Counted from the first letter of the stretch, positions 28,714-38,322 are shown. The stretch is DNA of 64,000 nucleotides from an uncultured Acidobacteriota bacterium (GCA_963764715.1 CAVXTP010000008.1:32432-96431); one strand, 5' to 3'. The notes: generated from the sequence alone by a model not told the origin. Program-made: numbers and translations.

Positions 28714-29524
28714 CGGCTTCAACGACCACGCCGGCATAACCGACGACGCTCGAAGTATCTCCCGTTTCGTCGCCGCTGTCGCGCCGGGCGACGACCCGGG
28801 CCGGCCCCGCGCCGGCCGCGCGCGCCGCGAAGAGGAGCGCCGTCGCGGGAAGGACTCCGCACATCGAGATTCCCTCGCGAAAGACGGTCCGGAAGAGCTC
28901 CTCGGCGTCGAGCTCCTCGACGCGGGCGAGCGCCATGTCGTCCTTGATTCCTCCGACGTCCCGGCTTTCGTAGTGGTTCATGTCGGAGGAGGCGAGAAGA
29001 AGCGGCGGCTCGCCCCCCTCCGACCGGACGGCGGCGAGGGCCTCGCCGATCTCGCGGCAGAGCGCGAGGCTGCGCTCGCCGATGCAGATCGGGACGATCG
29101 CGACGTCCGGCCGCCGGACCTGGAGGAACGGAAGCTGCACCTCGAGCGAGTGCTCGCGCCGGTGGGCTTCGCGGTCGGGCTCGAGCGACGGGGCGAGCGT
29201 CATGAGCCGCTGCGCCAGGACGCGATCGACGGGCACGTCGCCCAGCGGAGTGCGCCAGGCGTCGGAGGGATCGAGGGCCGCCGCCGCGCCGCGGCCCGTG
29301 TGGTTGGGGCAGAGGATCACGCAGGTCGGCGGAATCTCGAGCCGCGCGTAGACGGCGCCGGCCACCGGGCCGGAGTAGACGTAGCCGGCGTGCGGCGCGA
29401 TGGCGCCGAAGGCGCGGGCCGGCGCGGCCCCGGCGGCCGCCAGGTAACCGAGGACGCTTCGCTCGAGGGCATCCTTCCGGGCCTCGTAGAACGAGCCGGC
29501 GACAGCCGGGGGCCGCACGGGCAT
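28703..29524 (-). CDS. amrB: AmmeMemoRadiSam system protein B (MEMO1 family)
   Basis: RPPAVAGSFY, PHAGYVYSG, PNHTG, EHSLEVQLPFL, SSDMNHY, SMCG and VVGYAG. Confidence 0.9.
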   Translation of the reverse strand: MPVRPPAVAGSFYEARKDALERSVLGYLAAAGAAPARAFGAIAPHAGYVYSGPVAGAVYARLEIPPTCVILCPNHTGRGAAAALDPSDAWRTPLGDVPVDRVLAQRLMTLAPSLEPDREAHRREHSLEVQLPFLQVRRPDVAIVPICIGERSLALCREIGEALAAVRSEGGEPPLLLASSDMNHYESRDVGGIKDDMALARVEELDAEELFRTVFREGISMCGVLPATALLFAARAAGAGPARVVARRDSGDETGDTSSVVGYAGVVVEAGKQ

Positions 29525-29549
29525 GGGGCGATCCTACGCCTCGGCAGTC

Positions 29550-30377
29550 TCAGTTGATGATCAGGGTGGCCTCGGCCGACGCGCCGGCGAGCTCGACCTT
29601 GATCGTCGCGGCTCCCGTCTTGTGCCCGGTCGCCACGCCGGCCGAGTCGACCGAGGCGACGGCGGCGTCGGTCGACGTGAAGACCCCGGACGCCTCCGGG
29701 ATGGCCGAGCCGTCGGGCGCGAACGCGGTGAGCTGGAAATGCTGGGACTCGCCCACGTGGGCGAGCGCCGTCGACGGCCGGAGCTCCAGCCGTCCGATCG
29801 GGCGGACCTGGACCGTGACTTCGCAGGCGCCCTGGACGTCCCCGACGCGCGCCACGATGGTCGTCGTGCCGGGCCCGACCGAGGTGATCACGCCCTTGTC
29901 CGAGACGCGGGCGATCTTCTCGTCCGCCGAGGACCAGACCGGCACCAGGGTCGTCAGGGCCTTCTGCGCCGAATCGCGGATCGTCCAGGTCACCGGGAGG
30001 GACGTTCCGGCCGGCCCCACGAGCGGAAACGCCGGCGAAGCGAACTCGATCGAGCTGACGTCGACGATCTCGACCGGCACCTGCGAGGTGACGCCTTCGT
30101 ACGTGGCGGTCACGGTCGCCTTCCCCGCCTTCTTGGCCACGACGCGTCCGCCGGGGTCGACTTCGGCGACGGCGGAGTCCGAGGAGCTCCACGACGGCGC
30201 CCCCGACCCGAGAGGCTCGCCCTTCTTGTCGAGGATGCGGGCCGACAGGCGCTGCGCCCGGCCGATCCCGTAGATCTTGACGGTCTTCGGGGAGAGGTCG
30301 ATCGTGGCCGGCTTGCGGGAGCAGGCGGCCGCGACGAGAACCGCGGCCAGGCCGAGGGCGGAGCGACGAAGACGCAT
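29550..30377 (-). CDS. Lipoprotein with three Ig-like (Big_2) domains
   Basis: LVAAAC lipobox-like motif and three WSS.D..VA.V...G.V repeats. Confidence 0.8.
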   Translation of the reverse strand: MRLRRSALGLAAVLVAAACSRKPATIDLSPKTVKIYGIGRAQRLSARILDKKGEPLGSGAPSWSSSDSAVAEVDPGGRVVAKKAGKATVTATYEGVTSQVPVEIVDVSSIEFASPAFPLVGPAGTSLPVTWTIRDSAQKALTTLVPVWSSADEKIARVSDKGVITSVGPGTTTIVARVGDVQGACEVTVQVRPIGRLELRPSTALAHVGESQHFQLTAFAPDGSAIPEASGVFTSTDAAVASVDSAGVATGHKTGAATIKVELAGASAEATLIIN

Positions 30378-30426
30378 CGAGTCACCTCCGGGAAAATTGG
30401 TTTTTCAGAATAGCACCAGAGAACCT

Positions 30427-30458
30427 GGGGTCAGACCCCCTGCCGGGGGTCAGACCCC
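30427..30458. repeat. Tandem pair of GGGGTCAGACCCC mini-palindromes (REP-like)
   Basis: Identical 13-mers at 30427-30439 and 30446-30458. Confidence 0.8.
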
Positions 30459-30467
30459 GCGACTTCC

Positions 30468-31136
30468 TTACATCCAGCGCAGGATCCGGCGGGCGCGGCG
30501 GGCCACGCGGTCGGGGTGCCTGACCGGGTCGTAGATCCGCGGGGAGGGGATCACGGCCGCGAGCGTGGCCGCCTCCTCCCGGGTCACGTCGGCCGCGGAC
30601 TTGCCGAGGTAGAGCCGGGCCGCGGCCTCGACGCCGAACGTGCGCGACCCGAACTCGATGACGTTGAGGTAGAGCTCGAGGATCCGCTGCTTCGACAGAC
30701 GGCGCTCGAGGCGGCGCGCGATCGCGAATTCCCGGAGCTTCCTCCACGGCGTGCGCGCCGGCGAAAGGTAGAGGTTCTTGGCGAGCTGCTGCGTGATGGT
30801 CGAGCCGCCGACCTTCAGGTCGCCCTTCTCCCAGTTCTTCTCGAGGGCGCCGCGCATCGCCTCCCAGTCGACGCCCTCGTGCTCCCAGAAGCGCGCGTCC
30901 TCGGCGACGACCACGGCGCGCCGGAGGTCCGGCGCGATCCGGGAAAGCGGCACGGGTTTCCAGTCGAGGCGCGGGCTCTGGCCCTCGCGCTGGAGCCGGG
31001 CCTTGCGGAGCTCCATGAAGGCCGTCGTCTTCGGCCACGAGGTCGCCAGAGGCGCGACGTCGGGCAGGGTGGCCCAGAACAGGACCGCCGCCGCGGCGAG
31101 CGCGGCGGCGGTGAAGAGGACGAGGCGCCGGATCAG
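30468..31136 (-). CDS. mtgA: Monofunctional peptidoglycan transglycosylase, probable CTG start
   Basis: AEDARF..HEGVD, GGSTITQQLAKNLYL, RK..E and ILELYLN. A TM anchor (IRRLVLFTAAALAAAAVLFW) lies upstream of ATG 31016 with no ATG/GTG/TTG ahead of it. Confidence 0.9.
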   Translation of the reverse strand: MIRRLVLFTAAALAAAAVLFWATLPDVAPLATSWPKTTAFMELRKARLQREGQSPRLDWKPVPLSRIAPDLRRAVVVAEDARFWEHEGVDWEAMRGALEKNWEKGDLKVGGSTITQQLAKNLYLSPARTPWRKLREFAIARRLERRLSKQRILELYLNVIEFGSRTFGVEAAARLYLGKSAADVTREEAATLAAVIPSPRIYDPVRHPDRVARRARRILRWM

Positions 31137-31142
31137 GTTGAG

Positions 31143-31210
31143 GGGGTCAGGTCTTCATTTTTCAGCTCTCGCGAGATTCTGAGACGGCCGAAAAATGAAG
31201 ACCTGACCCC
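31143..31210. repeat. 21-bp perfect inverted repeat (REPIN/MITE-like)
   Basis: GGGGTCAGGTCTTCATTTTTC at 31143-31163 and GAAAAATGAAGACCTGACCCC at 31190-31210. Confidence 0.85.
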
Positions 31211-31226
31211 CATCCCCACACCCGGT

Positions 31227-32570
31227 TTACGACCGCACGGCGGAAATCGCCCGCCGCAGCTTCCTCACACCCTCGTCCGCTTCGTCCTTGGTCAGGACCA
31301 GGTGGGGCCGGAAGCGGATGGCGTTCGCCCCCGACGCCAGGCCCATCATCCCGTTCTCGAGGCAGGCCGCGAGCGTCCGGTCCCGCGTCTCCTTGTCCGG
31401 CAGGTCGAAGGCGATGAAGAGGCCGCGGCCGCGGACGTTGGTCATGACGCCGGGGAATTCCGCCGAAAGCTCGGCCAGGCGGCCCTGGAGGTACTCGCCC
31501 ACGACCCTCGCGTTCTCGATCAGGTTGTCCTCGGTGATGATCTCGAGGTACTTCGCGCACCGGATCATGTCGACGAGGTTGCCTCCCCAGGTCGAGTTGA
31601 TGCGGGAGGAGATCTTGAAGACGTTGTCGGGGACTTCGTCGACGCGGTGGTTCGAGGCGAAGCCGCAGACCTGCGTCTTCTTGCCGAACGCGAACATGTC
31701 CGGCTCCACGCCCATCTGCTGCCAGCACCACATCGAGCCGGTGAGTCCCACGCCCGTCTGGACCTCGTCGAAGATCAGGAGGAACTCGAGCTCGTCGGCG
31801 AGCCGGCGGAGGCGCTGGAAGAGCTCGGGGCGGAAGTGGTTGTCGCCGCCCTCGCCCTGGATGGGCTCGAGGATCAGGGCCGCGATCTCGTCCGGCGTCG
31901 CGGCCACCGCGGCGCGGATCTCCCGCTCGACGGCCTCCTCGGCCGCGGCCACGTCGCGGATGACCTGCTCGGTGACCGGGAACGAGAGCCGCGGGCAGGA
32001 GAGCCGCGGCCAGTCGAACTTCGGGAAGTACTGGGTCTTGCGGGGGTCGGCGGTGTTCGTCAGCGAGAGCGAGTATCCCGACCGGCCGTGGAAGGCGTTC
32101 TTGAAGTGGAGGATCCGGGTGCCCTTTTCGCCCTTGCCGCGGGCCAGGTTCTTGCGGATCTTCCAGTCGAACGCGGTCTTCAGCGTGTTCTCGATCGCGA
32201 GGGTGCCGCCCTCGACGAAGAACATGTGGTCCGAGTGGGAGCGCGGGACCGCCAGCTCCGAGAAGGTCTCGACGAAGCGCGCGAAGTGCTCCGTGTAGAT
32301 GTCGCTCGTGGAGGGCTTCGTCAGCGCGGCCTCCATGAGGGCCTCCCGGAACTCCGGGTCCTGCATCTTCGGGTGGTTGTAGCCGACCGGGATCGTCGCG
32401 AAGCACGAGAAGAAGTCGAGGATGGGCCGGTCGCTCCGGGCGTCGTAGAGGTAGGAGCCGCGGCTGCGCTCCATGTCCATGACCACGTGGTAACCGTCGA
32501 CCAGGATGTGACGGCCGAGGACGTCGAGGACGTTCTTCGGGGACAGCTGCTCGCGGGTCAGGGTTTGCAT
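31227..32570 (-). CDS. lat: L-lysine 6-transaminase (class III aminotransferase)
   Basis: HILVDG, KPS.SDIY, AFDWK, AFHGRSGY..SLTNT, EPIQGEGGD, DEVQTG, FGKK and RINSTWGG. Start taken at MQTL. Confidence 0.88.
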   Translation of the reverse strand: MQTLTREQLSPKNVLDVLGRHILVDGYHVVMDMERSRGSYLYDARSDRPILDFFSCFATIPVGYNHPKMQDPEFREALMEAALTKPSTSDIYTEHFARFVETFSELAVPRSHSDHMFFVEGGTLAIENTLKTAFDWKIRKNLARGKGEKGTRILHFKNAFHGRSGYSLSLTNTADPRKTQYFPKFDWPRLSCPRLSFPVTEQVIRDVAAAEEAVEREIRAAVAATPDEIAALILEPIQGEGGDNHFRPELFQRLRRLADELEFLLIFDEVQTGVGLTGSMWCWQQMGVEPDMFAFGKKTQVCGFASNHRVDEVPDNVFKISSRINSTWGGNLVDMIRCAKYLEIITEDNLIENARVVGEYLQGRLAELSAEFPGVMTNVRGRGLFIAFDLPDKETRDRTLAACLENGMMGLASGANAIRFRPHLVLTKDEADEGVRKLRRAISAVRS

Positions 32571-32668
32571 GGCGGAGCTCCTCAGCAGGCGCAAAAAGGG
32601 CGAAAGAGCGGGTCGCGGAGTGGGAACGCTAGCAGGAGGGCGAGGGGGGCGTCAACCCCGGGGGGCGG

Positions 32669-33817
32669 TTACGAGGAGAGCGCCGGGACGCGCGCGTCCT
32701 CGAGGCTCGCGGCCGTGCAGCGATCCTTGCCGTGCTCCTTGGCGCGGTAGAGGGCCGTGTCGGCCGCCCGCAGGAGCTCGTTCTTCTGCTGCTCGACGGA
32801 GGCCCCCGGCGTGGCGTGCGACCGGATCGAGGACAGGCCGAGCGAGCCGGTGATGACGCCGTGGAGATTGAGCGCCGGCTCGTTGAAGCCGTAGGGGCGG
32901 AAGAGGAACGTCGCGCTGCGGATCGCGCCGCGGATGGCCTCGGCGACCTCGAGGCCCTCCTCGAGGTTGTGCCCGGGCAGGATGAGGACGAACTCGTCGC
33001 CGCCGTAACGGGTCAGCGTCGCGCGCTCGTCGGTCACCGTGCGGCGCAGGATGTAGCCGACCTCCCGGAGCACCTGGCTGCCCGCGAGGTGGCCGTGGCG
33101 GTCGTTGACCGACTTCAGGTTGTCGAGGTCGAGGAAGATCACCGAGAGATCGCCGCCGTCGCGCGAGATGCGCGAGAGCTCCTGCGTCAGGCGCAGGTGG
33201 AGGTAGCGCTCGTTGTACAGCCCGGTCAGGCCGTCCCGCTTGGCGACCTCGTACGCCCGCCGGGCGTCGAGCAGGTTCTGGATCGAGATCGAGGCGTAGT
33301 CGGCGAAGATCTCGAGCAGCCGACGGTCCTTCTCGCGGAACCCGACCGGGCCCGACTTGTTGACGAGCTCGAGGACCCCGCAGACCGACGACTCGATCCG
33401 GATCGGAACGCAGAGCACGGACTTCGTCTGGAAGCCGTCGGTCAGGTCGAGCGTGGGGTAGAAGAAGGGATCGTCGACGACCTCGTCGGTCATGTAGGCG
33501 ACGCCGGTCGCGTAGACGTGGCCGACGATGCCGACGCGGGCGTTCATCCGCTTGCCCAGCCGCGCCTCGCCGTGCGCGCCGTAGGTCGAGATGAAGACGA
33601 GCTCGTTCTCGAGCCGGTCGTCGGAGTTCTTGGTCATCGGGTCGTCGAGGAGGATCGAGCCCGCCTCGGACGGAACGAACTCGTTGGCCTTCTGGAGGAT
33701 CTCGCGGAGGAAGCGGTCGATCTCGATTTCGCCCGTGTAGGCGTAGTAAGCCTTGTGCCGTTCGAGAAAGTTCTCGAGTCGACGATTCTCGAGCGTAAAA
33801 ACCTGCAGGGCAACCAT
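32669..33817 (-). CDS. GAF-GGDEF diguanylate cyclase
   Basis: GAF domain (GIVGHV, SVLCVPI, LELVNK), then DGLTGLYN, DLDNLK.VND.HGH and RYGGDEF. Confidence 0.92.
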   Translation of the reverse strand: MVALQVFTLENRRLENFLERHKAYYAYTGEIEIDRFLREILQKANEFVPSEAGSILLDDPMTKNSDDRLENELVFISTYGAHGEARLGKRMNARVGIVGHVYATGVAYMTDEVVDDPFFYPTLDLTDGFQTKSVLCVPIRIESSVCGVLELVNKSGPVGFREKDRRLLEIFADYASISIQNLLDARRAYEVAKRDGLTGLYNERYLHLRLTQELSRISRDGGDLSVIFLDLDNLKSVNDRHGHLAGSQVLREVGYILRRTVTDERATLTRYGGDEFVLILPGHNLEEGLEVAEAIRGAIRSATFLFRPYGFNEPALNLHGVITGSLGLSSIRSHATPGASVEQQKNELLRAADTALYRAKEHGKDRCTAASLEDARVPALSS

Positions 33818-33877
33818 CCCGATCTCAAAAATTCTACCATCTGATAGCCTCGAGCGCCGTGCGGACCGCGCGAACCG

Positions 33878-34717
33878 ATGCCGTCACAGCATGAGCGGCG
33901 GGCCCGCGCGGCGGGTCCCCGGCTCCCGGCCCTCAAGCGCTGGGGCCAGCACTTCCTGGCGAGCCCCGAGACCGCGCGACGAATCGTCGAGGCCGCCCGC
34001 GTGGCCGAGGACGACTGCGTCCTCGAGGTGGGCCCGGGCGACGGCGCCCTGACGCGGTTCCTGGCCGACGGCGCGCGCCGCGTGGTCGCGGTCGAGATCG
34101 ACCCGCTGCGAGCGGAGGCGCTCGCGCTCGAGCTCGCGGGAAATCCGCGGGTCCGGATCTTCCCGGGCGACGTGCTCTCCCGGCCGATCGCGGACTGGTT
34201 GCGCGCGGGCGGGTGCGAGACCGACGCGCTCCTCGTCGCGAACCTCCCGTACAACGTCGCGACGCCGATTCTGTTTGCGGCGATCGAGGCCGGGGGAGTC
34301 GTGCGCCGCGTCGTGGCCACGATCCAGCGGGAGGTCGCCCGCCGCTTCGTCGCCCGGCCCGGGCAGGACGAGTACGGCTATCTCTCGGTGCGCGCCGCGA
34401 CCCTGGCCTCGGGGAGGATCCTCTTCGACCTTCCGCCCGGGGCATTCCGTCCGCGGCCCAAGGTGACGTCCTCGGTGCTCGAGTTGACGCCCCTCGCCGC
34501 GCCGCCGGAGCCCGGGCTCGCCCGCCGCGCGCTGACCCTGGCCTCCCTCGGCTTCAACGCGCGCCGCAAGACGCTCCCCAACGCGCTCGCGACGGCCGGA
34601 CCCCGCGGCGACTGGGAGCGGGCGCTCGAGACGCTCGGCCTCTCGCCCCGCGCCCGCGCGGAGGAGCTCTCGCCGGCGCAGTTCCTGGAGCTCGCCCGCG
34701 GCTGGCGGGCCGCGTGA
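33878..34717 (+). CDS. rsmA: 16S rRNA adenine dimethyltransferase
   Basis: WGQHFL, EVGPG.G.LT, ANLPY, QREVA.R and F.P.PKV.S motifs. Confidence 0.93.
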   Translation: MPSQHERRARAAGPRLPALKRWGQHFLASPETARRIVEAARVAEDDCVLEVGPGDGALTRFLADGARRVVAVEIDPLRAEALALELAGNPRVRIFPGDVLSRPIADWLRAGGCETDALLVANLPYNVATPILFAAIEAGGVVRRVVATIQREVARRFVARPGQDEYGYLSVRAATLASGRILFDLPPGAFRPRPKVTSSVLELTPLAAPPEPGLARRALTLASLGFNARRKTLPNALATAGPRGDWERALETLGLSPRARAEELSPAQFLELARGWRAA

Positions 34718-36327
34718 GCGCGCCGCTCGAGATCGTCCCGCTCGGGGGCGTCGGCGAGTTCGGCAAGAACGTCCTGTGGCTCCGGTGCGCGGGCGCCTCC
34801 ATCCTCGCCGACGTCGGAGTCTCGTTCGCCGACGAAGCGTTCCCCGGCATCGACCGGATCGCTCCCGATCTCGCCGCGCTCGCGGACCAGAGGATCGAGG
34901 CCGTGTTCCTGACGCACGCGCACGAGGACCACGTCGGCGCCCTGCCGTTCCTGAGGGAGTGGTGCGACGCGCCGGTCTACGGCTTCCCGTTCACGCTCGC
35001 GATGGCGCGGCGGCGGCTCGAGGAGGCCGGGGCTCCGCTCGACCGCCTCGTCGAAGCGGTCGGCCGCGAGCCGATCGAGGCCGGCCCCTTCCGGGTCACG
35101 TTCTTCCGGGTCTCGCACTCCGTCCCCGACTCGACGGCGCTCCTGATCGAGGCCGGCGGCGCGCGCGTCCTGCACTCCGGCGACTTCAAGCTCGACGACG
35201 ATCCGCCGGACGGCGAGCGCACCGACCGCGAAGGAATCGCCGCCGCGGTGGGCGCGGGCGTCGACCTCGTCCTCGTCGATTCGACCAACGCGGAGCGGCC
35301 GGGGCGCTCGCTGCCGGAGCGGGCCGCGGGCGAGGGGCTGCGCGCCGCGTTCCGCGAGGCCCGGGGCCGCGTCGTCCTGACGACGTTCTCGAGCCACGTC
35401 GCGCGCCTGGCGCAGGGCGTCGACGCCTCGCTGGCCGCCGGCCGGCGCGTCGCGATCCTGGGACGGAGCATGCGCGCGGTCTCGGAGATCGCCGAAGGGA
35501 TGGGGAAGCTCCGCCTTCCGTCCGGTGCGCGGCCCGCCGCGGCGGACCTGCGCGCGGTCCCGCCCGACCGCCTCACCTGCCTGACCTCGGGCAGCCAGGG
35601 CGAGCCCTTCTCGGCGCTCCACCGGCTGGCGCTCGGCGAGCACGCGGACCTGGAGCTCTCGGAGGGCGACGTCGTCCTCCTGTCGGCGCGGACGATCCCG
35701 GGCCACGAGCGGTCGGTCAACCGGATGTGCGATCACCTCGTGCGCCGGGGAGCGCGCGTCATCCGCGACGCTGAGCCGCCGATCCACGTGTCGGGCCACG
35801 CCCACCGCGAGGAGATCGCCGAGTGGCTCCGGATGTCGAGGCCCCGCGCGGTCATGCCGGTGCACGGCGACCGGAGGATGCTGGCCGCGGCGGCGGAGAT
35901 CGCCCGGGAGGAGGGAGTCGCGGAGGAGCGGATTCACGTGCTCGACAACGGCGACCGCCTGACACTGGAGGGCGGACGCGCGCGCCTCGAGCCGGGCGCC
36001 GTCGCCGCCAGCGCCGTCTACCTCGACGAACGGGGGGAAGCGGTCGACCCGGACGTCCTCCGCGAGCGGAGGCAGCTCGCCTCCGACGGCGTGGTCGTCG
36101 TGCGGCTGCGCGACGGCGAGATCGAGGTCGCCTCCCGCGGCGTCGCGGGCGACGCGGCCGAGCTCGCGGGCGAGGTCGCGCGGGCCGCGCGGGGCGTTCT
36201 CGCCCGGGCGACGCCCGAGGAACGGCAGAACGCGGAGTGGCTGCGGGCCGAGGTCGCGCTGGCGGCCCGGCGGGCGTGCCGCCGGATCTTCGGGCTCCGG
36301 CCCGTGATCGTTCCGTTCCTGCCGTGA
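34714..36327 (+). CDS. rnj: Ribonuclease J
   Basis: PLGGVGEFGKN, THAHEDH, HSVPD, GDFK, DSTNA, GSQGEP and HVSGH. Confidence 0.92.
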   Translation: MSAPLEIVPLGGVGEFGKNVLWLRCAGASILADVGVSFADEAFPGIDRIAPDLAALADQRIEAVFLTHAHEDHVGALPFLREWCDAPVYGFPFTLAMARRRLEEAGAPLDRLVEAVGREPIEAGPFRVTFFRVSHSVPDSTALLIEAGGARVLHSGDFKLDDDPPDGERTDREGIAAAVGAGVDLVLVDSTNAERPGRSLPERAAGEGLRAAFREARGRVVLTTFSSHVARLAQGVDASLAAGRRVAILGRSMRAVSEIAEGMGKLRLPSGARPAAADLRAVPPDRLTCLTSGSQGEPFSALHRLALGEHADLELSEGDVVLLSARTIPGHERSVNRMCDHLVRRGARVIRDAEPPIHVSGHAHREEIAEWLRMSRPRAVMPVHGDRRMLAAAAEIAREEGVAEERIHVLDNGDRLTLEGGRARLEPGAVAASAVYLDERGEAVDPDVLRERRQLASDGVVVVRLRDGEIEVASRGVAGDAAELAGEVARAARGVLARATPEERQNAEWLRAEVALAARRACRRIFGLRPVIVPFLP

Positions 36328-36361
36328 GCCGGCCTCGAAGCGCGTCTGATACGTTTTGCCG

Positions 36362-37189
36362 ATGAGCTGGCTCGACGCGATCGTCCTCGGAGTCATCCAG
36401 GGGCTGACCGAGTTCATCCCGGTCTCCTCCGACGGCCACCTCTCCGCCGCCGAGATGCTGATGCCCCGGTTCGGCCAGGTCGGCCTCCTCTTCGACGTGA
36501 TGGTCCACGTCGGCACGCTCGCGGCGATCTTCGTCTACTACCGCTCGCTCCTGCGGGAGGAGGTCGTCGGCCTCTTCTCCACGAACGCCGGGGAGCGCCG
36601 GCGGGCGTGGCGCCTCGCGATGCTGCTCTTCGTCGCGACGGTGCCGACCGGGATCGTGGGCCTCCTCCTCAAGCCGATGGTCGAATCCACCAAAGGCAGT
36701 CCGCGCTTCGTCGGGGCCATGGAGATCCTGACCGGCCTCTACCTCGCGGTTTCCTACTTCCGCAAGGAGGGGAACAAGAACCGCGACACCATGTCGTATC
36801 TCGACGCGGCGATCATCGGCGCGGTCCAGGGGCTCGCCGTCCTCCCCGGCCTCTCGCGCTCGGCGTCGACGATCGCCTTCGGACTTCTCCTCGGCTTCGC
36901 CGCCCGGTGGGCCGCCGACTTCACGTTTCTGCTGGCGATCCCGGCGATCGTGGGGGCGGCGGGCCTGGAGGTGGTGTCGGCCCTGCGCCACGAAGGCCCC
37001 GGGTTCTTCGCGACTCCGGATTTCGGCCGGTACCTGGCCGGGTCCGCCGTGGCGGCGATCGTGGGCTACCTCACGATCGGGTTCCTCATCCGGATGGTCT
37101 CGACCCGCAAGGTCCACCTCTTCGCCATCTACTGTTTCGTTTTCGGCCTGGTCCTGATCCTCGTGTTCCCGTCGCTCACGGGCCGCTGA
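36362..37189 (+). CDS. uppP: Undecaprenyl-diphosphatase (BacA)
   Basis: QGLTEFIPVSSDGHL, H.GT and PGLSRS motifs. Confidence 0.92.
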   Translation: MSWLDAIVLGVIQGLTEFIPVSSDGHLSAAEMLMPRFGQVGLLFDVMVHVGTLAAIFVYYRSLLREEVVGLFSTNAGERRRAWRLAMLLFVATVPTGIVGLLLKPMVESTKGSPRFVGAMEILTGLYLAVSYFRKEGNKNRDTMSYLDAAIIGAVQGLAVLPGLSRSASTIAFGLLLGFAARWAADFTFLLAIPAIVGAAGLEVVSALRHEGPGFFATPDFGRYLAGSAVAAIVGYLTIGFLIRMVSTRKVHLFAIYCFVFGLVLILVFPSLTGR

Positions 37190-37193
37190 CGGG

Positions 37194-37418
37194 TCAGCGC
37201 GGGGGCCTTCCCTCCGTCCAGCGCCGGGCGTGCCGCGCCGCCAGCCGGATCGTCGCGTAAACGAGAACGCAGCAGAGGAAGTCGACGACGAGGCCGAGGT
37301 CCACCCGGTTGGGCTGGTTCTGGAAAGCCGGCGGCAGGCCCGGCTGCAGGACCGCGAAGTAGATCGCGTTGCCGACGACGACGGCGATCGCGTACTCGAT
37401 CCAGCGGCGCTTCGTCAC
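37194..37418 (-). CDS. Small two-TM hypothetical protein
   Basis: Two hydrophobic segments. TAAATT lies 7 nt before the GTG. Confidence 0.6.
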   Translation of the reverse strand: MTKRRWIEYAIAVVVGNAIYFAVLQPGLPPAFQNQPNRVDLGLVVDFLCCVLVYATIRLAARHARRWTEGRPPR

Positions 37419-37428
37419 GCCGCAGAAT

Positions 37429-38094
37429 TTATCGCGACTCGGCCCCCGCCTCGGACAGCCGTTCGAGGGTGATCGCGAGGTGCCGCTGCGACAGGGCGCG
37501 GCCCTCGGCGAGACCGTTGCGCTCCCGGATGGACACGGCTTCCGAGAGCGCGGCCGCGCTCGCCTCGAGGTGCGCCGCGGCGAGGCCGGGATCGAGCTCG
37601 GCCCGGCGCCGGAGCGCGAGGCCCAGGTTGTGCAGCGTCACTCCGCGGGCGATCTCGCGCTCCGCCGTGCGCCAGACGAGGGCGGCCTCGAAGAGCGCGA
37701 CCGATTCCGCGAGCTCGTCGGCCGACGAGCCGAGGTTCGACAGCGCGGTGGCGAAGTTGTGGAGCGCCCGGGCGCGCCAGCCGCCGTCGGTGTCCTCGGC
37801 GAAATGCGCCAGGGCTTCCCCGAAGAGGGCCCGGGCCCGCGGGAGGTTCGCGGCCGGGCCGGGGCTGCCGAAGAAGACGGCCGCGTTGTGCAGGAACCGG
37901 GCGCGCTCCTCCGGCGCGGGGAAGGGGAGCTCCGGCAGGAAGGCCCAGAGGTCGTCGGCGAGCACCCGCGCGCGCGCCGCGTCGCCCGACTCGCGCAGCT
38001 CCTCCTGTGCCCGGAACCAGTCGCGGTACGCCCCGACCGGGTCGGCCGCGAGGGTCTCCCGGAAGTGGCGGCGGAGGTCCTCGAGGTCGGTCAT
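37429..38094 (-). CDS. TPR-like helical repeat protein
   Basis: Repeated ..LHN.(A/G).A....A...F..AL units. ATG at 38094. Confidence 0.7.
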   Translation of the reverse strand: MTDLEDLRRHFRETLAADPVGAYRDWFRAQEELRESGDAARARVLADDLWAFLPELPFPAPEERARFLHNAAVFFGSPGPAANLPRARALFGEALAHFAEDTDGGWRARALHNFATALSNLGSSADELAESVALFEAALVWRTAEREIARGVTLHNLGLALRRRAELDPGLAAAHLEASAAALSEAVSIRERNGLAEGRALSQRHLAITLERLSEAGAESR

Positions 38095-38107
38095 CCGGGC
38101 GACAAGA

Positions 38108-38308
38108 CTATCCGGGGAGCGCAAAGTACGCCTTTCCGTGTCCGGGGCTGTTCTCGTGGCCGATCAGCGCCGACTCGACCCCGGGCGGGTCCCCGACGAA
38201 GAGGCGCGGCTCCCGGAAGGCCGGCGGCACGTCGAAGACGAAGGTCGTCGTCGACTCCTCGCCCGGCCGGAGGGGCCGATCGAGGGGCGCCGAGAGGCCG
38301 TAAGTACC
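38108..38308 (-). pseudogene. Headless 3' gene remnant, possibly the C-terminus of an Ig-like/DUF4352-type protein
   Basis: Open 66-codon frame LSAPLDRPLRPGEESTTTFVFDVPPAFREPRLFVGDPPGVESALIGHENSPGHGKAYFALPG* with host-like codon use, preceded by in-frame TAA and no suitable start. Confidence 0.6.
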
Positions 38309-38322
38309 TTATGCAAAAAAGT

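Noticed and set aside
31143-31210. Intact insertion sequence
   Set aside because: Only 68 bp, with no transposase and no clear target-site duplication.
38293-38319. dif-like site (..CCGTAA-GTACC-TTATGCAAAAA), about 2 kb from ftsK
   Set aside because: The spacer between TAA and TTAT is 5 nt rather than 6, and the arms match the XerC/XerD consensus poorly.
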